This document shows, one piece after another, positions 49,501-64,000 of a DNA stretch of 64,000 nucleotides (positions are counted from its first letter, which is position 1; each line of letters opens with the position of its first letter). Source of the stretch: the human T2T-CHM13v2.0 reference genome, Homo sapiens. Location: the NCBI RefSeq assembly GCF_009914755.1, contig NC_060930.1, one strand, 5' to 3'. Below the pieces are notes generated by a model, which searched no databases, was not told where the DNA came from, and was given only the letters and a program-made list of their open reading frames with translations. The translations under genes were made by a program, and so were the position numbers.

Positions 49501-50174
49501 TGTAGCACCCTGATCCCTCACCCCTTATTCTCCTGTGCAGTGTCCACTGTGACTAACATGCCACTATTTGCTTAAAGTGCCTGGAGAGAACCAGTGGATA
49601 GAAGGGAAAACAAGTATGAAACGAAAAGAAAATGTCTGCATTACCTTCCTTCAAACAAAAAAAAAAAATGTATCTTATAACGAACATATGGTTTGTCCCT
49701 GGGGCACACAACCAGTCTTCAGCTAAGCAGGTTTCACTAGACAATATCTCTCCTGTAGGCTGGTTATGGATATTTTCACTGAACAAAAGAATCGAGAAGT
49801 AAGGACAGCCTACCCTGACAGAGTGTTAGACTGGTGGACTGATGACAAACATCGTACTCTGTTGCCTCTCAAAGACACTTTTCATTCAACGGCAAACATA
49901 TACACAGAGGACAGCAGTTTTGAAACATGCAGCATTGGAAACCCCTAAAAGGTGTCATCAGTAGATAGGATTTCCTGGAGTTCCCTCGTCATACAAAGCA
50001 GATGTGATAGGATTGACAAAGAAAAAAGAATTTTTTTTTTTTAATTAGAAGTGCCAACACACCTGCAATTTACTCACCTTTACTTTGCATCTATTTTCCA
50101 TTGTGGCAGAAAAGCTTTCTCTACTTTTTCATATGGGGCCTCTGTTTGCTGTTAACAGAGGTTTCCAGGCAATG

Positions 50175-50486
<312 letters not shown>

Positions 50487-51171
50487 CCTCAGTGTTTTAT
50501 TTTAACGAGGAGAATGGAGTGACTGATGCAATACAGGAAAATGAATCAATCGTATGGACTATCAGTAGGGAATGTGTTGATCCTTATTGATTTCGCTCCT
50601 TCCGTGTTGAAGACCTCTAATTCCCCGACAGTCTTCGTTCGGTTGTCCAGGGTCCTGCCACTCTCATCTCAAGCGGCTGGAGAGCCACATTTTCTCAGCT
50701 TTGGATCGCACTTGTGGCTGTGCTCTCTGCGCAGGTCGACAGGGAGAGAAATCAGTGGACAGATGCTTTGACTCTGGATTTGGCTCAGAAAACAAAAACA
50801 ACGACCAAAACGAAATGCCCGGGGGGCGGGGGGGCGCTTTTCTGCCTTTCTTCTTCTCAGCCTTTCCTTCTCTTTAATCATAGTACAAAACCGAAGCCAA
50901 AGTGAGCCGCCTGTTGATGTGCACGCTTTTGTTTGCTTTCAAGAGACCCTGTTGCGACCTCATTCTTCTTTCTCCTCTTCCTTCTGCCGTCGCAATCGCC
51001 TTAGGTGATGTTGAGGCTTACATTATAGAGATGGGAGATAAGTGAAGGCAATCCATTGGGTTACGTTTTTACTCTCTATACGTGCAGAAATAGGATAGAA
51101 AAAGGTGAGGAGGCAGAAGGCTATGTTGCTTGAGAATTACATTTAAGCACTGCCAGAGCAAAACCACCATT

Positions 51172-51242
51172 TGGAGGTGCCGGGGATCGAACCCGGGCCT
51201 CAAACATGCAAAGCATGTGCTCTACCACTGAGCTACACCCCC
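51172..51242 (-). tRNA. tRNA-Ala(TGC), 71-nt divergent copy
   Basis: Reverse complement GGGGGTGTAGCTCAGTGGTAGAGCACATGCTTTGCATGTTTGAGGCCCGGGTTCGATCCCCGGCACCTCCA: G3:U70 intact, U29-U41 mismatch, 4-nt variable loop; T4 ~8 nt downstream. Confidence 0.9.
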
Positions 51243-51733
51243 CTCCTGAAAGACTGTTTTGTAATAATTTTCAGGAGGTAACTTTCATTTTCTGAGACTG
51301 GCTCCGTGAGCATGCTGGTAGTAGTGGTTAGTATCATGGAGCGCCTTCAGCTGCTCTGAGTAGAAGATACTCGGTACTAATGAGGGGATACAGATTCTTT
51401 AGTATACTGTACAGGACTTGAAATGGAAAGCAAAGTATTAGAAAAGTGTCAGATAACCGCCAAAAGAAGTTTCCAATGTGGCTTTAAAACGTTGAGTTGT
51501 CAGGATCTCCTTCTTCTGTTATGCTTGGCAAGGAATCAAATTCTGGTTTTTCATTCTTTCGATTTCTTTCAGAGATGACGCAAAGTTATTGAAATTCAGC
51601 TTTTTCTTACCTAAAATGCTTCATATTTGTTGTTTACTCAGCCGGAATATTAAAGGTTAGATTTGATTGAGGAAAATCACAGTCAGAAGAAAACCTGAGA
51701 GCGATGCACTCAGCATTTCATCTTAAGGGTCTT

Positions 51734-51905
51734 TAGCTGGTGTGTTGTCCTGCGCCTGTACTCACAGCTATTCCAGAGGCTGAAGCAGGAGGATCACTTG
51801 ACCTTGGGAGCTGGAGGCTGCAGGGAGCTATGATCACGCCACTGCACTCCAGCTTGGGTGATGGAGTGAGACCCTGTATCAAAATCAAAAAGAAAAGAAA
51901 AGAAA
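51734..51905 (+). mobile_element. Alu right monomer (FRAM/AluJ-like)
   Basis: ggaggatcacttga...gctatgatcacgccactgcactccagc. Confidence 0.88.
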
Positions 51906-52309
51906 AATTTATAAGGTGTGAGTGAAACAACACCTCTAGGGATGACGAGAAGAGTTGAATTATGAGGGTGAGATAAAAAATAAGTAGAAACAGGATTTAA
52001 GAGGTACGGGGGAAAGTGGTTTAGAAAAACAAACAGGCTATTGCCAAACAGAAGGAGGTGTAGAAAAGGGGAGTTTTTAACAACTCTTTAAGGAATGGGA
52101 GAAAGATTGGAAGATGGAGAAGATAAGTTAGCTTGGCTCATGCTAAATTCGGTGTATCTGTGGGGCACACTGTGAGGATGTTACATGGAGAACTCAGGCA
52201 ATTGACTCTCCAGCCTGGGGTTTGTGAGCATTAGTAGTAGTAGACATATTGCATAGAGGGTGGATAAAGACTAAAAAGGGTCCTTTTAGATTTGGGAATT
52301 ACAAACCTA

Positions 52310-52645
<336 letters not shown>

Positions 52646-53434
52646 TAAAAAAAAATTTTTTTTAAAGTTTGCTCCTCTATGTTCTTGAACCCTGGTATTT
52701 ATCATTATTTATCATGATTAGGGCTGTGTTCTTTGAACTACATAAGAAGATGAGAAGAAAATCCATTTCCTGACACCAAATTTCTAGTGACTGTTAACTC
52801 TTTCTCATTCTGATTTACTCATATATGAGCCTTTGCCAACACTCATGAAATAACATTGATCCCTTGTAGAACTGGCAGAAAACAGCAGGTTATATGGCAG
52901 ACTTGTCTTTTCGGTTGGCTGATGGAATTTCTAGAACAAAAATAGGAAGCACTGAATGCTAGGTTTCACTGAATAAGAAACAAGAGAAGTGTTACACACA
53001 AAACTAGTGTTTGTGTGTGTGTTTGACTGTCTGTGTGTGCATGTAAATGCTAGGGAGATAATCTTAGCTCTTTGATGCTGCAGAAGTAATATTAGGACAA
53101 TTTGCAGAAACACTCCTTCATCATTATGTCATGTTGCACCCAGAGAAACCTGGATGTCTACTGGATTCTTGGGAATTCATCATAATATGAAGGTCTGCTT
53201 TTTTGTTTGCCTCTTGAAAAGGAGAGAATTTTAAATAATTAAATATCTGTAGCTCTCTTCTGACTAACAACAACACGACTGAAACACAGTTTTTTTTGTA
53301 AAAACTGTGGGATGAGCTTATTTAACACAGAATTCCTCTGAGGAATTAAACATTTAATTCTGAAGACAGAACACCCTCATGTGATACATACTCAATTCAG
53401 AAAACCTAAAAATATATAAAGTATCTGTTTAAAC

Positions 53435-54335
<901 letters not shown>

Positions 54336-55206
54336 AATTGTCTAAAGACAATGTTATCCATTTAGGTGCTGTTCTGGGAGAATCCCAGAAGCAGAGAACA
54401 CGGAGCATGATCTGCCAGTAATTAAGTTTCATGCTGTGAGTGGACTTGACAGAATGCATTTCTATGCATGATCTCCTTTGATCTTTACAACATCCCATTT
54501 TACAAAATCATTATTAACATCATTTTTAAGCCATTGAATGGCAGACAAATCATGCTTGGAATTGCCCTAGGCCTTCCATTTCAACAGAATGTAAAGGAAT
54601 CTTTACTGCGTTAGGCACAAAACATTCAATGTTACTGTTTGTCTAGTCAAATATTTCTTAATGGAGTAAAACACAAGCTTCTGAGTTGAGAAAGCCTCAG
54701 TGAAAGGATAAAGTACCTGATTCCCAGTTTCTGTACAGTCAATGTCCCTAACCCAAGGTTACTTCTCATTTGGTACTAATTTTCCTTTTGCAACTTGCTG
54801 CAGTTCTGATAGTGGAGTATTGTAGATTATTGTCTCCTCACAGGGTATGCAGAAGTTAGAGAAAAACAACACTGAAACTGAAGCAGTAATTTGAAAGAAA
54901 AAAAATCAAAATGACCAAAAAAAGACCTATTATCCCAACAGAGAATTTCAAGAGAGGAGTTGAAGTGAAAAAGGGAAAATGGGGCACATGCACCTGAGTC
55001 TTGACTTTGCTGCCCATTTGCTTTCATTTTCAGTATTCTAGAGCCCCTCATGAATGTTTGATAAAATAATTCATATAGAAATACATATATTTCTTTTTTC
55101 CTGGATACAAACATGGAAACAGCTTAAGATTTGGAAATTCTAGACAAGGTTGCCAGGCTAAAGAAATGTCTTCTCAGCAAGAAAATTTAGAATGTTCTTG
55201 TAATTG

Positions 55207-55615
55207 GGCCTGGTGCGATGGCTCCTGCCTGTAATCCAAGCACTCTGGGAGGCCTACCTAGGCAGGTGGATTGCTTAAACCTAGGATTTAAAGACCAGCC
55301 TGGGCAACACGGTGAAACCCACAGTCTACAAAAAAATACAAAAAAAAAAAAAAAAAAAAAATTTAGCCAGGCATGGTGGTGCTCGCCTGTAGTCCCATCT
55401 ACTCAGGGTGCTGACATGTGGAGTCACTTCAGCCTAGAGAGGTTGAGGCTGTAGTGAGCTCTGATTGTATAACTGTACTCCAGCCTGGATGACAGAGTGA
55501 GACCCTGCTTAAAAGAAAGAAAAGAAAGAAGAAAGAAAGAAAGAAAGAAAGAAGAAAGAAAGAAAGAAAGAAAAAGAAAGAAAGAAAGAAAGAAAGAGAA
55601 AGAAAGAAAAAAAAA
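55207..55615 (+). mobile_element. AluJ-like with (GAAA)n tail
   Basis: Diverged dimer followed by purine repeat. Confidence 0.9.
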
Positions 55616-55909
55616 GTTCTTACAGCACTTTAATAATGGAGTTGACTCAAGATACAAACCCGGGTTTTTCTAATTTCAAAATGTTTCTTGCATACACCAC
55701 ACCCCCATATATATGCTCATACAGTATAATAGTTACTTCACTGTATGTTTCTTTTTTTCATATTTCTTGTGATTTAAAAATAACCCTCGCCCAATACATA
55801 TAAATAATATCAAATCAAAAATGACTTGTAAATGCCACAGCATATAGCACGTTGGAATTTCTTAGGTTTTAAAACTAATAACTTCCTAAGTTTAAGACTT
55901 TAAATAAGG

Positions 55910-56195
55910 ACGGGCTTAGTGGCTCACGCCTGAAATCCCAGCACTTTGAGAGGCCGAGGCAGGTGGATCACCTGAGGTCAGGAGGTCGAGACCAACCTGA
56001 TCAACATGGCGAAACCCTGTCTCTACTAAAAATACAAAAATTAGCCGGGCATGGTTGCGGGGGCCTGTAATCTCAGCTTACTTGGGAGGCTGAGATATGA
56101 GAATAGCTTGAACTCAGGAGGCGGAGGTTGCAGTGAGCCGAGATCGCGCCGTTGCACTCCAGCCTGGGCGACGGAGTGAGACTCCGTCCAAAAAC
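55910..56195 (+). mobile_element. Alu (AluS-like)
   Basis: TSD actttaaataa. Confidence 0.93.
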
Positions 56196-56391
56196 TTTAA
56201 ATAATTTATGTAATGAGAGCACTTCATGGAAGACTTCAGTGGAATATACAAAGGAGAGAGTGATACAAACATGTACATTATCTTTATCAGACTTTCAAAA
56301 ACTCCCAAAAATTGGAGATATGTAAGCTTCTGGGATTGGCGTATAAGTGCTGTATAAGGGAGTGATAATTAGGCAGAACTCAAAAGATGCT

Positions 56392-56465
56392 GGCTGAAAC
56401 CCGGGGTTGAACCAGGGAACTTTAAGATCTTCAGTCTAACGCTCTCCCAACTGAGCTATTTCAGC
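56392..56465 (-). tRNA. tRNA-Phe(GAA), divergent copy
   Basis: Reverse complement GCTGAAATAGCTCAGTTGGGAGAGCGTTAGACTGAAGATCTTAAAGTTCCCTGGTTCAACCCCGGGTTTCAGCC: paired acceptor stem, 1-nt insertion in anticodon arm, C73. Confidence 0.85.
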
Positions 56466-56498
56466 TACTCTAAGCACACACCCTTAGTCATTTCTTCA

Positions 56499-56954
<456 letters not shown>

Positions 56955-57181
56955 TCAGTGGATCCTCCCACTTCAACGGAGGGAGAGGGAGTCTCGCTCT
57001 GTCGCCCAGGCTGGAGTACAGCGGCGCGGAGTAGCTGGGATTACAGGCGCGCGCCACCACCCCTGGCTAATTTTTGTGTTGATATTGAACAAAAAAGAAT
57101 TAGGCATTAGGAAATACGCCCACTTTACAAATGAAGATTTTTATGTTTTGAAGAAATTGCTAACGGCACGTGCTTAGAGTA

Positions 57182-57254
57182 GCCAAAATTGCTCAGTTGG
57201 GAGAGCGTTAGACTGAAGATCTAAAGGTCCCTGGTTCGATCCCGGGTTTCACCA
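57182..57254 (+). tRNA. tRNA-Phe(GAA)-like gene with broken acceptor stem (probable pseudogene)
   Basis: GCCAAAATTGCTCAGTTGGGAGAGCGTTAGACTGAAGATCTAAAGGTCCCTGGTTCGATCCCGGGTTTCACCA: D, anticodon and T arms canonical; pairs 2-4 mismatched; T-run at ~57266. Confidence 0.85.
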
Positions 57255-57909
57255 GGTTTGTTTGGTTTTTTTAGTTCTGCCTAATTATCACTCCCTTATA
57301 CAACACTTGCACGCCAATCCCAGAAGTGTATATATCTCAATATAAATTCTTACGTTAAGTCAAAAGTGTAAAAACATTGAAATTCTCTGGTTAGACATAG
57401 GAACAAATTCAGATGTTTACAGAATTTCGGAAACAACCCTCTCTGGAATGAGAAAATTGCTGAGGCCGACGATGATTTGCAAACTGAATTTTAATAAAAC
57501 CTTTTCTATGTCTTAACAGTTTTCAAACTCAATCTCCTGAGAGTCGAGGCTTTCTATTTTTAGCCAAAATACGGTGGGAGGGTCAATTAGGATATATTTT
57601 TCAATTATTTCCTCAAAAAAAGTTTTAGATTCTCTTACAGACTTTTTTCTCCCCTTGTAAGGTCTGAGCCTTCTCAGACAGGAAACAACATTCCTCTACT
57701 CTAGTTTTATCCCCGCCACGCGTCTCTCCCCAGCTGAGTGCAGCCTCAGCCTATGGTGCAAAAATGTTTAAAGCTGAGCATACAGAGAAGGAAAAGAAGA
57801 AAAAAAAAATAGAAAGTGATGTGAAAAGATCTACATATGAATCACAACACAGTGTTTAAAATGTGCGTAAACGGGTCTAGGAGTGCTCTGCACTATTGTG
57901 AAAAGTTCA

Positions 57910-58542
<633 letters not shown>

Positions 58543-58973
58543 TCAAGAGCGCCTCACCTCTCTTTACGTTGCTGGACAGACCAGTTGAGCTCTTTGGGTA
58601 TGCACGTAATGTCGCATTTTTATTTTCAGTTCAGGAAATGCTGATATTGGAGCTTCTGAGGGAGCTGCAGTGATTTCCCGATTTCCTGCGCGCCTGTGTG
58701 GAAAGTTAGAAGCGGAATCTACCGGCAGCTTTGAGACTAAGTATGACGGTGGAAACAGCTAATTTTATTAGCTTTTGTCTGAAATGCAAAAGATGAGAAA
58801 GAAAGTTCCCGTTTGTTTGCTCCACATACTTCTCTTAGAAGCCTATGGAAAGCCAACTTTCCCCCTGAAGAAACTCCTCCTGGCATTTGCAAAGAGCTCC
58901 TTTACTCCTCTTGTCCAGCTCTTCTCTCAAAAGGACTCTGCAGAGCTGGACAGCGGCTGCGGAAAGGCGAAGT

Positions 58974-59554
58974 TGTTGTACCCGAGCGAGTTAGAGAAAT
59001 GCCACACTTTGAGACGAATTTAAGAGTCCTTTATTAGCCGGCGACCAACAGAGGACTAACGCTCGATATTCTCTCGGCCCCGAGGAAGGGGCTTGATTTT
59101 CCTTTATACTTTGGTTTAGAAAGGGGAGGGGGAGCTTAGTTGCAGCAATTCTACAGAAGTAAAAGCATGCAAAAAAATTAAAAAGACAAATGGTTACAGG
59201 TAAACAAACAGTTCCAGGTGCAGGGGCTCTAAATCTATCATAAGGCATTAGGTATGGGGGTTCTGCCAGACACAAACTCAAGGCTTTATGGTGTTATCTC
59301 TTGAGTGAAATCCTGGGAACTTCGTGCATTGTTTGCTTCAGTACCTTATCAGTTAATTGGACTCTGATATGTTGAGAGTCAGCTTACACAAGTTAACTGC
59401 TTGAGGAAGGGGGTGGGTAAGGAGTCCTTGATGTTTTGTAAATGAAGGAGCCAAATGGAGTTCGTCCAGCTTTCTCAGCTAAGGGACAGCCTATTCATGT
59501 GGAAATAAGGCTAGGTGATTAACGGAGAGTCTAAAAACAACGTTAGGTATTACA
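58974..59554 (-). mobile_element. 3' LTR (LTR6-type) of HERV-T / HERV-S71 provirus
   Basis: TG...CA termini; preceded on minus strand by purine-rich aagtggggaa; TATA-like at ~59105 and AATAAA at ~59032 on minus strand; directly follows env. Confidence 0.88.
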
Positions 59555-59594
59555 TTCCCCACTTGTGTTTTTGGGGAATCAAATCGTTGATTCC

Positions 59595-61453
59595 TCAGTT
59601 ATAATAAGGGGGTCATATTGAGTTCTAAGATACATAAATTTGACAGAAGCTATGCGTTGTTTTACAAAGTTAAGAAACTAATTTAATATACACGGCCTGA
59701 AAATTAAGCTTAATAGTAGGATGAGGAGGGGTCCAACTAACCTAGTGACTAGAGTAGTTAGCCATGGATTCCAGTTAAACATGCTTTGATACCAGGGGAT
59801 GTTATTTTCTCTTTCTTGTTGGCGTCTATCTAGATTTTCTCGAACCTTTTGGAGAGTATCTTTTATGACTCCAGACTGATTGGCATAGAAGCAACAACTT
59901 TCTCCTAGAGCTGCGCATAAACCTCCTTGAGAGAGGAATAGTAGATCTAAGCCTCAGCGGTTTTGAAGAACTACTTCAGCTAGAGACTCTACCTGGGAAT
60001 GTAACAAATCTACGACAGACTGGAGGTTACTTAAATTAGCATCTACCTGTTGAGATAGGGCCATTATTCCAGTTTCTCCTTGAACTAGGGCTGCTGATCT
60101 GGCTATGCTAAGGCTGGCCAAGAAGGGAACTAGGAGCAGGGCAGCTAGCGAAACCTGGGATCTAACTCAGGGGGAGAAATGAGAAGTTGTCCTTCTGGTC
60201 CACTGTACATGTATACCCAGGGAAGTACATGAACTTACATGCACAGGAGAGGTCCTGGTTCAGTTCCATTAATGCAGTGAGTGAGACTTGAAGTGCAGGC
60301 CAACCAGGTATTGTTAGGCACTTGGTAAGAGACTGAGGTGCTTATGGAAGTAAGCAGGGACTGATTACAAGTAGCCTGAAAGGGAGAAGCAGATAAGTTA
60401 TACCCGGTACTAATTAGACAAGAAGCGTTTCCAGACACATCCCTTAGTGCACAGGGTCGTGCACGACAAGATAAAGGGCCACTTTTAAGTGTGGCCTCTA
60501 CTCCTAAGCCTACATAATAAGGGGGTTTTGCTTTTAGACATAGCCAACAATCTTGGGCTAGTTTAGGCTGGGTGAGGTTAAGAAGGTGATGTACCCTGCC
60601 TAGTATGGACATCAGGCTGTGTTGAAGATATTGTTGCTGCAGCTGGGGTTTAGGAACTAGGAATGGTGGCGGAACAGTTAAATCGACCTTGTCAGGGTGT
60701 TTTTGGAACATAGGGTCGCCTAGATCAGTTAAAGGCCTGATTGGCTTGGGTGGGCTCCATGAGACCAGGATTTTCTTCTGGATGGCGAACATAGTCTTAA
60801 CATCAAATCCTGGGATATAAAGCCTTAATCCTTATGACATGCCATAATACCATTGAGCTGAATTAGGGTCATGGACAGTTATAGTAAGAGGATTACAATT
60901 TTTTCTAGTACACAATCTAGGATGGGAAGCACGACTTATGGAAAGAGTTGAAGATCCGGTTGATCTCCCAGAGTTAAGTGTCTAAAGTTACACGTGTCCA
61001 ATCAGGGCAGAAAAACTGGTAAATATCTCAACAGCTAGAGTCAGGGTGATTTCCAGGACAGAGGTAAAAGTCAACATTCTGGAGTCCTTTTTCCGCACCT
61101 TTGGAGCTCCCACATCCAGTCTGGCTCCCGGAGTGTCCAAATCCTGCCAAAAGGTCAACGCTTCCTGCCCCCTTGACTGTCAGATTGTGTTACTCTTTGT
61201 GGGTACGGGCTGGTTCTGGGAAGAGTGCACATAAATCAACTGCAAAGGAGACTTCCTTGGAGGTTCCTGCCCTCCAAGTACTGTTTGCGAATATACGTCT
61301 TGTCATGAAATAGGTGAGAAGAAGGGAATAGGAAGGTGCAGAGGACATGACAGGCAAAAACCAAAAAGAGAAGTAAATAAAAAGAATTAATCTAATGGCT
61401 TCACCCGACTTAGGCACAGTTTTAAGGGGCCTGACCCAGGCTTGGGGACCTAT
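59595..61453 (-). pseudogene. Defective gammaretroviral env (HERV-T/S71 type)
   Basis: Signal region GEAIRLILFIY, SU CWLC motif, TM [34 protein letters not shown] (ISD and CX6CC). Start codon is ATA; several stops and frameshifts. Confidence 0.93.
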
Positions 61454-64000
61454 GTTTCTTGCTGGGCTTTGTTGGCCTTTTTGATGCGGGAGTGACAAAT
61501 CCAAGCAGGAATGCCATCCACCTTCAGAGCTGTTGGCATGGTGAGGATGACAGTATGAGGTCCTATGTAAGCAGGAGTGAGTCCTTCTCTCTGGAACTTT
61601 TTAACAAATACCAGGTCACCTGGCTGGAATGAGTGGCAGGGCCCCATCTGGTCAGGAACTGGATTGGGATGGGCTCCTCGGAAAAGTGGCTGGATGATAT
61701 CTTGTACCTGTTGGAGAGACTTTAGCTACTGTAATAAATTAGCTTGTGATATTTCTGCCAAATTGGTATCCCTTAGCTTAGGCAAGATAGGTGGAGCCTT
61801 CCTATACATGATTTCAAAATGTGAAAACCTAGCCCAGTAAGGAGTGCACCTTACTCTAAGAAAGGCTAAAGGAAGGAGCCTTACTCAGTTCTCACCGGTC
61901 TCTAAGATTAACTTTGTAAGAGTGCTTTTTAGGGTGCGGTTCATGCGTTCTACCTGCCCAGAGCTCTGGGGTCGATAGGCACAATGGAGCTTCCATTGAA
62001 TGTGTAATGCCTTACTGACTGACTGAGCTATGGACGAGGTGAAGGCCAGTCCGTTATCAGACCCTATGGCAGCAGGCAGCCCATGTCGAGGGATGATTTC
62101 ATTGAGTAAAAACCTAACTACCATGGTGGCAGTCTCATTCTTGGTGGCAAATGCCTCAGTCCATACGGAGAAGGTGTCTACTAGTACTAGAAGGTATTTG
62201 TACCTAGCCCGGTGTGGTTTTATTTCTGTAAAGTCAACTTCCCACCTTTCTCCTGGCAAGTTTCCTCAAAGACGGTGGCCTGGGCTGGGTTTAGCACCTT
62301 GCTTGGCGTTTACCTGGGCACAAGTTGTACACCGGAGAGCTGCTTGATCTGCTAAGCTTTGAAGATAGGGAATCTTAAAATGGCTCTAGAGGAGCCGGGC
62401 CAGTTTTGCTCCTCCTAAATGGGTGGTAGAATGCAGGCGACTGATTAAAGTTTCCCCGAGAGAGCTCGGGGTATGAAGATTCTGGAGTCAGGAAGAATCC
62501 ACCAACCTTCCTGATTTTTATTGGCCCTGAGATCTGAAGCTAGTTTTTTTTTCTTCCGTTGAGTACGCGGGATTGTAGGGCAGATCTGGCTGTGGAAAGG
62601 AGACTGTGGGTAATAAGTTTAGAGGCATGACTGGAAGTCTGGCTGCATCCCGGGCCGCTGAGTCAGCTTTCTGGTTACCACGGGCAATGGCCGTGTTTTC
62701 TCCTGGATGTCCTTTGCAGTGGATTACAGCCACCTGCTGAGGGAGCCATACGGCTTCAAGCAGGGCTAGAATTTCTTCTTTGTTTTTGATAGTCTTTCCT
62801 GCTGAGGTGCCCACGCTCCTGATAGATGGCTCCATGTACATGTACAGTAGTTAAAGCATACCTGCTGTCAGTGTAAATGTTAATAAGTTTATCCTTACCC
62901 CATCGGAGAGCCTGAGTGAGGGCGATCAATTCAGCTTTTTGTGCCGAGGTATTTGCCGGTAAAGCCTGGGCCCATAGCACATCTGTCTCTGTAGTAATGG
63001 TTGCACCAGCCTTTCGTACTCCCTGTTTTGAGAAAGCTGCTACCGCCTGTAAACATGGCGGCGTCCACCTTCTTTAGGGGCACATCTTGGAGATCAGGTG
63101 GGCCAGTTTCTGTAGTTTCTAACAGTTCCTGGCAGTCATGGACAGGTGTAGTGAAGTCTGGATCAGGGAGTAAAGTAGCTGGATTTAAACACCTTCTGGG
63201 AGAGAAAGTCAAACGAGGCTGATCTAACAGTAAACTCTGATACTGCAGGATGCGAGCATTTGACATCCATTTGCCAGAAGCACTTCGTAATAAAGTCTCT
63301 ACGGCATGAGGAGCGGTAAAGGTTAAATTTTGGCCTAGAGTTAACTTATCAGCCTCTTAGACTAGGCTTGCTGTTGCCACTATGACTCGCAGACAAGTTG
63401 GCCATCCAGAGGCCACAGGATCCAGCCTCTTAGACAAATAGGCCACTGGGCATCTCCAGGGTCCTAAAGTCTGAGTAAGCACCCCCTTAGCAACTCCCTG
63501 GCTTTCGTGGACAAACAGGTGAAACGGCTCTGGGATATTTGGGAGGGCTGGAGCAGGGGCTTCAGTTAATGCCTTTTTCAGATTTTGAAAAGCCTGTTCT
63601 TCTGTGTCCATCTAAACTAGCGGGCTATTCCCTCCTGTAGCAGTGTACAGGGGCTTCGCAATCTCCGCGAACCCCGACATCCATAGGCGACAGTATCCTA
63701 CGGCCCCCAGGAATTCACGTACCTGTCTCTTGGTGGTGGGAGTGGGGATTCGTAGGATGGCTTCTTTCCGGGCACTGGTGAGTGCCCTTTTTCCTTGGCT
63801 TATGTCGTATCCTAGGTAGGACACTGTGGGAAGACAAAGCTGGACCTTCTTGGCTGAGACTCGATACCCGAGCTCCTGAAGGAGGTAAAGTAGGTCCCTA
63901 GTATGTTGCAGGCAACTGTCTTTAGTTTCAGTAGCTAATAAAAGGTTGTCCACCTACTGAAGAAGAGTACAGTTAAGGTGACTAGCTTGGAATGGTATAG
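61387..64000 (-). pseudogene. Defective gammaretroviral pol (RT C-terminal half, RNase H, integrase); continues beyond the window
   Basis: LLQ*VDNLLL at the YVDD site (TAG 63954-63956), [50 protein letters not shown]; split over several frames. Confidence 0.95.

Noticed and set aside
60235-60792. 185-aa Env SU fragment as a co-opted env
   Set aside because: Env start codon lost, upstream stops, frameshift near the SU/TM cleavage site and a stop in the immunosuppressive domain (59954-59956).

Overview
Primate (human or very close great ape) non-coding DNA. No intact protein-coding gene is supported. The order tRNA-Ala/Thr/Ala/Ala/Arg/Lys/Ala/Phe/Phe around a processed RPSA pseudogene matches what I recall of the tRNA cluster at human 6p22.1, telomeric of the MHC; this placement is from memory and was not searched. 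The window holds nine tRNA genes or near-intact tRNA genes, one tRNA-Phe pseudogene and a full-length RPSA retrocopy. It also holds a 3.9 kb AT-rich compound minisatellite, about 45 Alus, old L1, DNA transposon and LTR fragments, and the 3' half (pol, env, 3' LTR) of a defective HERV-T/S71 provirus. Nearly all listed ORFs are Alu, L1 or microsatellite artefacts. I found no clear new protein-coding system. The best leads concern tRNA-cluster evolution and Pol III biology: an Ala-body tRNA whose anticodon may be polymorphic (AGC vs AAC), a ~1 kb palindrome carrying two divergent tRNA-Phe genes, structured or very long 3' trailers, ghost tRNA loci and local duplications. The provirus also shows an APOBEC3G-like mutation pattern. 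Repeat family names come from recognising consensus sequences by eye, and repeat boundaries are approximate.
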